The position numbers were made by a program, and so were the translations under genes. Below, in pieces: positions 45,808-52,400 of a DNA stretch of 52,400 nucleotides; the stretch's first letter is position 1, and the number at the start of each line of letters is the position of its first letter. The notes beneath the pieces are model-generated. The model searched no databases. It saw only the letters and a program-made list of their open reading frames with translations, and was not told where the DNA came from. Source of the DNA: a virus (Duplodnaviria > Caudoviricetes); the IMG/VR virus record IMGVR_UViG_3300019360_000102, positions 1 to 52,400 of that record. One strand, written 5' to 3'.

Positions 45808-46276
45808 GGAAAGGATATTGGATGGTGACCACCGGGGACTTCGGGCGATCAAGCTTGGCTAATCCCATCTCCATAAGCCATCGGATGTTGTCCAGGCATC
45901 GGGCATGGGTACGGGCGAACTCTCGGCCGAGGACATGTATCGGCTCGCCGCCCGGTTGGCTGTATACGCTGGCGACCGCCGTTGTGTCGGCCATAGCAAA
46001 GCAGTGAACCGCCGTACCGTTCTGGAACGACATGGTGGCGAACTTTAGCCACTGATCGGGTAAGGTCACAACCCCAGTTTCCTCGCGAAACTCGCGCGTC
46101 ATGGCATCGATCGGAGACTCGCCGACCTTAGTGTGCCCGCCGACACCGTTAAAGCGATCTTGTTGCCAGTCTGGGCGCTGCTTTTCAATCAGTACGACGA
46201 ATCTGTTACGTACTTCCGGACCCTCGAAACAGAATCCGAGAACGTACTCTTTGTCATTGTCGGGAATGTCAGACAT
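45773..46276 (-). CDS. Nudix hydrolase
   Basis: Nudix box GGHTKVGESPIDAMTREFREETG. Confidence 0.92.
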   Translation of the reverse strand: MSDIPDNDKEYVLGFCFEGPEVRNRFVVLIEKQRPDWQQDRFNGVGGHTKVGESPIDAMTREFREETGVVTLPDQWLKFATMSFQNGTAVHCFAMADTTAVASVYSQPGGEPIHVLGREFARTHARCLDNIRWLMEMGLAKLDRPKSPVVTIQYPFHDRVSQIIATH

Positions 46277-46361
46277 TGTAGTAAATAAGGTATGGTTTAA
46301 CGGACACTATGAGGAATTTGATACCGGTATTGCTTATACCGCTGCGGATCCGAAGGAGTCG

Positions 46362-46712
46362 TTAGTGTGTAGGCGCTGGCTTCGGCTTGCGCATGAAGAA
46401 CTTCACGTTCTTGACCCAATTAGAATGCCCTACAGGATCGGCCGTGTATGGCACATAGCGGTTGGCCATGAACTGCGTGAACTCTCCGGGCTGGCCGGCC
46501 CGCTGCCATCGATTGAAGTTGTTCGATACGGACTGGGAGGCTAATAGCCTGGCATGCGCTGGGCTGTCTACCTTCTTGGAAAGAATACCGTATGGGGATT
46601 TGGCTTTGGGACCGCCCTCTACCCAGTAGATGGCATCGGTCATGCTGGTCAGTTGCTTGGGGTCGATCGGCTTGATCGACCCTGCCACTTTCAACATGTC
46701 CGAAAACTTCAC
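46362..46712 (-). CDS. Lysozyme/transglycosylase-like small protein (K-x-A motif)
   Basis: AIYWVEGG (putative catalytic Glu), PYGI, ANRYVP..DP..NWVKNV; MLKVAG. Confidence 0.55.
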   Translation of the reverse strand: MKFSDMLKVAGSIKPIDPKQLTSMTDAIYWVEGGPKAKSPYGILSKKVDSPAHARLLASQSVSNNFNRWQRAGQPGEFTQFMANRYVPYTADPVGHSNWVKNVKFFMRKPKPAPTH

Positions 46713-47170
46713 CTAGCTACTGTAACCAGCGGTGAGTAGAAGAGCAAGCCCGGATAGACTTTGTACGACTCAACCCTCGTGAGCACTTGAACGCCAACAG
46801 CCTTTAGCCCAGCATGGCAGAATTCAGAGCAAAACCAGCGATCATCAGCATCAGGTTTATTACGTGTCAAAAAAGACAAGATGCTAGGCCAGTCATATTT
46901 GGCGCCGACCTTGGCCTCGGCCCAGGCAAAGAGCCTGAACCATTGATCCGAGGTCATCGATGGAATACTGCAGACCGTGATACCTTCCCAAGACTTCACG
47001 TAGGTTTGCTGTACGCCGCGCCCCGGGTAGGACTCGATGATCGTTCGGTTGTCAGGGTAGAGGAAGGCGCAATGCGCGAAGGCTGAGCGAGTGTACCATC
47101 GCACGAATCCGCCCTGGAGTCCGTGCCCCCGCATCAGAAGAAGTTTGCCACCTTCTTTCATAGCTTCCAC
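46709..47170 (-). CDS. Permuted papain-like amidase (YiiX/YebB-like NlpC/P60)
   Basis: His before Cys: FAHCAF, GAKYDW, WFCSEF. Confidence 0.85.
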   Translation of the reverse strand: MEAMKEGGKLLLMRGHGLQGGFVRWYTRSAFAHCAFLYPDNRTIIESYPGRGVQQTYVKSWEGITVCSIPSMTSDQWFRLFAWAEAKVGAKYDWPSILSFLTRNKPDADDRWFCSEFCHAGLKAVGVQVLTRVESYKVYPGLLFYSPLVTVAR

Positions 47171-47254
47171 AGTTTGACATCATGGTCCGGGTGAAGCCAG
47201 GAAAATTTGGGATAATCGGGCAGGATATGACGAAGGAGGATCCTTGGCTGACGC

Positions 47255-48910
47255 TCAGCGAGAGCCAGGTTCAGGCTGGTAGGCTCGGGTGAGGTCCATG
47301 TCGGGGAGCCGCTTCCGGAAATCGTGAATGTCGATTCGGTATATTGACTGCAATCCTCGCCACCCTGGTTGGTAGTTGGATTCGTAGAGGTCACGGGCGC
47401 ATTCCTTTGTTGGGCAGCCAAGGATGATCTTGTGCTCGTCGAAACGGCCGGTCGTAGGGTCGACCTGGTTTACGATCCAGACATTGTCCGTATGAAGATC
47501 AGGTCCGATGAACACGTCCAGGTGATCCCCGTCGGCGCCTTCGGTCTTTTTCAAATAGCCGTAATGGGCCTTCATCTTGATCGCCCACTTGACGCCTTGG
47601 CGGTCCACGCCTCGGCGCCATGATCCCTTGGGGTTCTCGATGGCGATGTCCAGGCCGTGTAGACGTACATGCCCCTTCCGATAATTTCCAGAATGCTGCT
47701 GCGGCTTGGTCGGTAGCTTCTGACGGTTTTTCTCAGAAGTGGCTGCGCGATGGGCAGCTAGGTCGAGTTCCTTCTTGGTCCGTACGGCCGCGGCCATCTT
47801 GCCGAAGCTGCCCGATAACGCGGTCGATACCCCGGGGTTGATGCCGGGCATCTCGCTATGGATGACCGCACGAATGTCGTCGGCCAGCTGCTCCAAGGAT
47901 TCGTTGATGTCGATGCCGGCGTCGAACTGCTGGTTGAGGAACAGCGCGATAGCGATCAGGTCCTCTTTGGAGAGATCCTGGCCAGCCTGGTCGGCCGCGC
48001 TGCCCGGCGGGGGTCCCAGGTCGGGCGTGTCTTGGAAGGCGGTGTCAGGGGCAGGTCCTTGGGCGGTACCACCGAACTGTTCGCTGGCGCCCGCTAGGCT
48101 GCCGGCCTGAAACGCGCTGGCCATCTTCCTGTGGGACAATAGATCCGGCATGGTCTTCTGGACCGTACTCAGATGCAGGTATGTATCCTTCAGGGCAGTC
48201 CTGATGGATTCCTGTTTCTGAGTGTGTGAGGCACCGGGATCAGGCTTGCGTACGAGACGTTGATATGCCTTGTCGAACACGCGGCGGTCGTAGCCATCCT
48301 GGTTGGCCTTCAGGATCTCGGACCCCCAGAGTTGCTCCAGCTCCTTCTCGTCGACGCCCAGGTCCTTCATGAGGCTATGCAGTCGCAAGCTGGCCTGTCC
48401 GATGTCCATCTTGAACAACCCGGTCTCCGGCTCCAAGCGAATCCGAAAGCTGTGGCCAGCACCTCGCTTGGTATTAAAATGAGTCTCCAGTTCGCCAGAG
48501 TCTTTCCGGCGCGTGTAGGCGCCGGGCAGTAGGCGGGCCTGGTGGATGGTAGCGTATTCATTTCCGCCGTGAATGAATGTTCCGCGGTTGGTCAGATATG
48601 GAACTTTGGCGACTGTTTGATGTTGTTCATCCAGAAGATTTCCTGTCTTATCATCAAACAGGCGAAAAGTCCCACGGAGCTTGCGATGCAAATAGTCTCC
48701 CTTTAGGAGCGCCTCTTTCTGCTCGTCGATGGTGAACGGCTCTTCGCTATCATATTTAAGATCATGCAGTTCGAGACGAACTCCACCATAGGATTGGGGG
48801 AACTGCCGCAATACGGCTTCATGCATCCCTTTGAAGATGTTGCCGCGAAGCGTGTCATGATCCTCCCAGTCACGCAGCTCGGCCCCATGTGGGTAGATGT
48901 CATCAGCCAT
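47255..48910 (-). CDS. RNA polymerase beta N-terminal fragment fused to an inorganic pyrophosphatase-like (InPase) domain
   Basis: RpoB-like KVPYLTNRGTFIHGGNEY..HQARLLPG; C-terminal GNYRKGH..IENPKGS..HYGY..DGDHLDVFIG..DEHKIILG. Confidence 0.88.
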   Translation of the reverse strand: MADDIYPHGAELRDWEDHDTLRGNIFKGMHEAVLRQFPQSYGGVRLELHDLKYDSEEPFTIDEQKEALLKGDYLHRKLRGTFRLFDDKTGNLLDEQHQTVAKVPYLTNRGTFIHGGNEYATIHQARLLPGAYTRRKDSGELETHFNTKRGAGHSFRIRLEPETGLFKMDIGQASLRLHSLMKDLGVDEKELEQLWGSEILKANQDGYDRRVFDKAYQRLVRKPDPGASHTQKQESIRTALKDTYLHLSTVQKTMPDLLSHRKMASAFQAGSLAGASEQFGGTAQGPAPDTAFQDTPDLGPPPGSAADQAGQDLSKEDLIAIALFLNQQFDAGIDINESLEQLADDIRAVIHSEMPGINPGVSTALSGSFGKMAAAVRTKKELDLAAHRAATSEKNRQKLPTKPQQHSGNYRKGHVRLHGLDIAIENPKGSWRRGVDRQGVKWAIKMKAHYGYLKKTEGADGDHLDVFIGPDLHTDNVWIVNQVDPTTGRFDEHKIILGCPTKECARDLYESNYQPGWRGLQSIYRIDIHDFRKRLPDMDLTRAYQPEPGSR

Positions 48911-48916
48911 GCCGTA

Positions 48917-48946
48917 AGGGTAGCACCTACTTGGTTTGCAGGTCAA
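48917..48946 (-). promoter_or_regulatory. Extended -10 promoter, predicted leaderless
   Basis: TTGACC-N18(..TGC)-TACCCT-N6-ATG(48910). Confidence 0.7.
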
Positions 48947-49013
48947 TATGCAGTCGCTCATCAGACACGGCCAGATGGGCGACCAACACGGCGAGTTTCT
49001 CGTCAGGGCGGGG

Positions 49014-49820
49014 TCATTCCGGGAAGGAGTCGGAGAATTCCGAGCCAGAGTCGCCGGACACCGCCGGGGTGGCGGGCTGGTTTAGTGTTCGGAGCCTGGC
49101 CTTGCGCATGGCGTCTAGCAGACGATCTCCGACCGTGGGGAAAAGTGTGCCAGCCACGACGGTAGTCGCAAGACCAAACAGTTCCAGCCCAAGATCCCGG
49201 ATGACACTATCCAGCCGATTAGCCACGTTGTTGCACGCGCGTATGTATTTATCATGCTCGGGAGTGCCGACCGGCGGAGGTCCGCTAAGACCGGAAACCG
49301 CAAAGTCTAGTGCAGACTCCAACGCCGTAGTGTTTTGCAGGTGTTGAGAGGTCAAATGAGTCTGCTGGGCCTTGACTATTGCGGCAATCACGTCATCTGC
49401 AGTTTCGCGGCCATTATTAAACATGGCCGGCGACAAATCTTGCGACAAGCAATCCATGCAGAGTTTAGCATGCAGATCCAGATATACCTCTGAGTGAAGG
49501 GAAGTTCGCAACTCCATAGACGTTCGACATTGCCCCTTCCCGGCGGTCAAAGTACCGGCTACTCCTTGCAAGACGTTCTCATACCAAACTTCCACGGTTA
49601 AATCTGGGTGCGACGGCTGGCGCGTAAAATCTGTGAGTAGATCCAAAAGATCCTCCATGCGACCAAACCATGAGACAATGAGGTACTTTCGCGAAGTCTC
49701 GGCAAGTAAAAATTTGAGTCTGCCGAACATTCCGACATCGAACGGAAGCGATGCCGAAGTGCCGAAATTTGCGAATTCGATGGCTACTTGCCACTCTCCG
49801 AACGATTTGAGGTATTGCAT
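49014..49820 (-). CDS. Hypothetical protein
   Basis: 268-aa ORF with no recognised motif. Confidence 0.55.
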   Translation of the reverse strand: MQYLKSFGEWQVAIEFANFGTSASLPFDVGMFGRLKFLLAETSRKYLIVSWFGRMEDLLDLLTDFTRQPSHPDLTVEVWYENVLQGVAGTLTAGKGQCRTSMELRTSLHSEVYLDLHAKLCMDCLSQDLSPAMFNNGRETADDVIAAIVKAQQTHLTSQHLQNTTALESALDFAVSGLSGPPPVGTPEHDKYIRACNNVANRLDSVIRDLGLELFGLATTVVAGTLFPTVGDRLLDAMRKARLRTLNQPATPAVSGDSGSEFSDSFPE

Positions 49821-50167
49821 GCTTCCAGAACTTTCTTACCGATTAGATCATAGTCAGGTTTGTGGCCAGGTATAAGCTTGGCATACTTGTTGATCTTGAG
49901 ATCTCTACCGCCGGTGACTTGCCCAAATACCGCTACATTGAAATTAACAATCAGGCCCCAAAATACCGCAGTGGTGCCGGGTATGGCGGCCGATACCTCC
50001 ACGGCGATGTCAGTGGCAAACCCCAAGCATTTATCCGTTTGAACCCGTACTCCGCATTCGCCGCCCACAGGGACAAAGACTACGTCGGCGCGACGGATAA
50101 GCGCCTCGGCGTACTGCAGGGCCGTATTGGCCCTGTCCCCTCGGAATGCGAACCGGAACAGATTCAT
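49784..50167 (-). CDS. Hypothetical protein
   Basis: Start MNLFRF after AAAAGGGTGAC. Confidence 0.5.
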   Translation of the reverse strand: MNLFRFAFRGDRANTALQYAEALIRRADVVFVPVGGECGVRVQTDKCLGFATDIAVEVSAAIPGTTAVFWGLIVNFNVAVFGQVTGGRDLKINKYAKLIPGHKPDYDLIGKKVLEACNTSNRSESGK

Positions 50168-50285
50168 GTCACCCTTTTGGTTGCACGGTGTATCCCGTAC
50201 CCTCCAAAATCTTAATGGCGCGTTTGGTAGCGTGCAAGATCCGTTTTCCAACTACCGGCAGCGGTCACACCTTTTGGTGCCCCCG

Positions 50286-50924
50286 TCAAGCAGTATGGTT
50301 GTTTCCATTCTTGCTCCTTTCATTCCAGATCGCGAGGTCCATCTCGGCTGGACTTTTACCTTCACGGTCGCAGTAGTACAGGAAGCGGTTCTCCCAAAAC
50401 GTGTACTTGGCCCGGTTACCCGGCGTCACCTTGGGCACCGACTTGCACTTCTTCACTTCACGCATCCAGGCAAGGATATGGGTATCCAGTACTGCGAGAC
50501 GCAAGCCGGGCCGTGAGTGCAGCAGGAAGAAGCGCGCCGTCTTGGGGCCCACACCGAACAGGCTCTCCAGGTTAGCAACCTTCATGTTGACCAGCGCCAC
50601 GTTCTGTGTGTCCCAGGCCAGCTGTCGGAAGCAACGCGCGAGGCGATTGTACTGCCCGAGCTTATGCTGCTTCATGGCGGCGACCAAGGTCGGCGGGGTA
50701 TTGCGGTCCCACTCGCCGTCACAAAGTTGCCGCAGGTAGTCTAACGGCCCCAGGGGCGTGCCGACCAGGTGGGCCAGGAACGCCTTGGTTTTCTCCTGTT
50801 GGACCTTGGCGTTCTTGCCGGCGACCAGGACGGCCAGCAGGAAGAACGCTTCCAGTTCATGCGGGGTGCGATCGAACCGCGTGATCTCCTGAACGTTCAG
50901 GCTGTCGAGTTCTTGATGTGTCAC
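50286..50924 (-). CDS. HhH-GPD superfamily DNA glycosylase/AP lyase (OGG-like)
   Basis: HhH motif LESLFGVGPKTARFFL with catalytic Lys; LAVLDTHIL with catalytic Asp; DLAIW. Confidence 0.85.
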   Translation of the reverse strand: MTHQELDSLNVQEITRFDRTPHELEAFFLLAVLVAGKNAKVQQEKTKAFLAHLVGTPLGPLDYLRQLCDGEWDRNTPPTLVAAMKQHKLGQYNRLARCFRQLAWDTQNVALVNMKVANLESLFGVGPKTARFFLLHSRPGLRLAVLDTHILAWMREVKKCKSVPKVTPGNRAKYTFWENRFLYYCDREGKSPAEMDLAIWNERSKNGNNHTA

Positions 50925-51178
50925 CCGAGTCTCTTATGTTTCATACTCTTGCTGCATGGCCAGGTTAACTTTCCGTCATGGGGCCAGCGGACGCCGATGA
51001 GGACGCCGCCGCAGCCTTCCAGCCGGCACTGCTTGAAGCTTCCGGTGGTTTTACCCTTCAGCTCGCCGTCTCTTGAACGTATGACGGTACCTTTAGGATA
51101 AGCAGTGCGGATATTCATGGTAGGTCGGTTGAGTCGTTGATAGCCGTACGGATGGTTTCCCGGGCGTCGAGGAATCAT
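50921..51178 (-). CDS. Small hypothetical protein
   Basis: CRLEGCGG..VRWPHDGKLTWPCSK; ATGA coupling; true start may be 51118. Confidence 0.55.
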   Translation of the reverse strand: MIPRRPGNHPYGYQRLNRPTMNIRTAYPKGTVIRSRDGELKGKTTGSFKQCRLEGCGGVLIGVRWPHDGKLTWPCSKSMKHKRLG

Positions 51179-51262
51179 CGAATGAAGAACGGCTCGGGCT
51201 GTTCACCGCACGGTGAACGGAACCGGGCTGCTCGTCCTCGTACCGCTCGTAATCGGTGTGGT

Positions 51263-51667
51263 TCATTTGTTGGCGGCTTCGAGGGCTTTGTCCAGCTGGA
51301 GTTGCAGGTTCGCAAGCTGCTGTGCGAGCTCCATCAACGTGGAATGATGCAGCTGCATAACCTTTTGCAGGACTTTGACAATCTCCTGCCAAGCTTCTTG
51401 CTCGGTCAGGTGGATCATGTCGATGCAGCAGCGGTATTGGCTACCATCAGCGCTACAAAGGACCGTCGGTATCAGGGCCTCGGCGTGATCTGCAAAACCG
51501 TACGAGCAAATCGTGACGATTTCAGGTTCGGAAGTATTATAGTTGATCTGCCAAGCATGCCAAGGATACTGCTTGTTTGAGAACAGATTGTGCTTGGCAA
51601 CCTCGGCATCTGGTAAACGCGATAGGGCTTCAGCTCGCTGCTGTTCTAGGCTCTTGAGATTTGACAT
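51263..51667 (-). CDS. Hypothetical protein with C-terminal coiled coil
   Basis: 134-aa ORF with A/C-rich leader. Confidence 0.55.
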   Translation of the reverse strand: MSNLKSLEQQRAEALSRLPDAEVAKHNLFSNKQYPWHAWQINYNTSEPEIVTICSYGFADHAEALIPTVLCSADGSQYRCCIDMIHLTEQEAWQEIVKVLQKVMQLHHSTLMELAQQLANLQLQLDKALEAANK

Positions 51668-51700
51668 AACGTTTGATTTGTCGTGTGTGGTGTAAAGCTG

Positions 51701-52126
51701 TCAATGATCATCGTCATTGTAAACTAAGTCGCGCAGCCCGGCCCAAGGTGGCGATGGTGTTACCACGTGGCAATCTTCCGGCAATGGCGGCAGGTCAGAC
51801 ATTTTCAAAACGAAGAAGTCTTCCCTGGAGGTAATCAGGTTTCCATTACCAAGCTGCATTTCAACGACGACGGCTCCCATTTTTTCAGCATACCGCATGG
51901 CTGTGCCACGTTTGGTCTTACTGGGAAAGCACTTAAGGTATTTTAGAGTATACCCGTTGGACAGCCTCGTTTCCCCAGCAGGCTTCACTGGCCTATAGTT
52001 ATATCCGCCCCAATTTGTGAATCGGTCGGCTATTTTCTGTCTCCTATAATCGCGTTCGCGGTAGTATTCTCTACAACGATAGTCCCAACTGTCCCACGAT
52101 TCATATTTTCCGGGGTATGGTAACAT
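51701..52126 (-). CDS. Hypothetical protein
   Basis: Start moved to MLPYPG, 4 nt after the TAA of the repeat gene. Confidence 0.55.
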   Translation of the reverse strand: MLPYPGKYESWDSWDYRCREYYRERDYRRQKIADRFTNWGGYNYRPVKPAGETRLSNGYTLKYLKCFPSKTKRGTAMRYAEKMGAVVVEMQLGNGNLITSREDFFVLKMSDLPPLPEDCHVVTPSPPWAGLRDLVYNDDDH

Positions 52127-52130
52127 AAGC

Positions 52131-52400
52131 TTAGCTGAGGTCGAATGGTTCAAGCTTTCCGCCGTTGCGATCTCTCCCGTTGACGTCAAAGCCACGGCGA
52201 TCAAAGCCATCGCGATCAAAGCCACGGCGATTAAAGCCATAGACATCAAAGCCACGGCGATTAAAGCCATCGACATCAAAGCCACTGCGATCAAAGCCAC
52301 TGCGATCAAGGCCACGGCGATTAAAGCCATAGACATTAAAGCCACTGCGATCAAAGCCACTGCGATCAAGGCCACGGCGATTAAAGCCATAGACATTAAA
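52131..52400 (-). CDS. 3' end of a G-F-(D/N)-x-x pentapeptide-repeat protein (partial)
   Basis: Frame reads FNVYGFNRRGLDRSGFDRSGF...GFDVNGRDRNGGKLEPFDLS*, a different frame from the ORF track. Confidence 0.75.
   Translation of the reverse strand, partial: FNVYGFNRRGLDRSGFDRSGFNVYGFNRRGLDRSGFDRSGFDVDGFNRRGFDVYGFNRRGFDRDGFDRRGFDVNGRDRNGGKLEPFDLS
52186..52400. repeat. 15-bp tandem repeat array with 60-bp higher-order unit
   Basis: About 14 units of the type ATCAAAGCCACGGCG, running off the window edge. Confidence 0.95.

Noticed and set aside
23712-48910. Decayed host rpoBC operon on a bacterial chromosome
   Set aside because: Fragments are intact ORFs with their own starts among phage genes; no ribosomal-protein neighbours or frameshifts.
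51701-52396. ORF-track protein with an ALIAV-repeat hydrophobic N-terminus
   Set aside because: Stop-free shadow frame of the 15-bp repeat; the GF(D/N)xx frame ends 4 nt before a better ATG at 52126.
52186-52400. Possible CRISPR array
   Set aside because: Contiguous tandem units with no unique spacers and no cas genes.

Overview
A 52.4-kb segment of a large (probably jumbo) tailed phage genome, with nearly all genes on the minus strand; the host cannot be determined from this window. Positions ~265-21800 hold a modular tail-fibre/baseplate cluster: six T4 gp9/gp10-like NDGTGD N-termini, three YVTN-type propellers, three LKSxF..DLIDxL fibres and a repeat-rich acidic protein. Positions ~23700-48900 scatter a bacterial-type multisubunit RNA polymerase over four genes. 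These are beta-N fused to a pyrophosphatase-like (InPase) domain, beta-middle with an altered rifampicin pocket, beta-C fused to a zinc-finger-less beta' N-terminus, and catalytic beta' with a DHDGD motif interrupted by a Ser-start, Asp-ending LAGLIDADG intein. Two window-wide patterns stand out: a K-x-A/S motif in many putative head-internal proteins, often at domain borders, and at least ten sigma70-like promoters whose -10 box lies exactly 6 nt before the start codon (predicted leaderless mRNAs). Accessory genes include dNMP kinase, def, a metallophosphoesterase, GNAT, Nudix, an HhH glycosylase, papain/transglutaminase-fold proteins and a MotA/TolQ/ExbB-type three-gene membrane module. All family calls come from motif recognition; no database searches were run.
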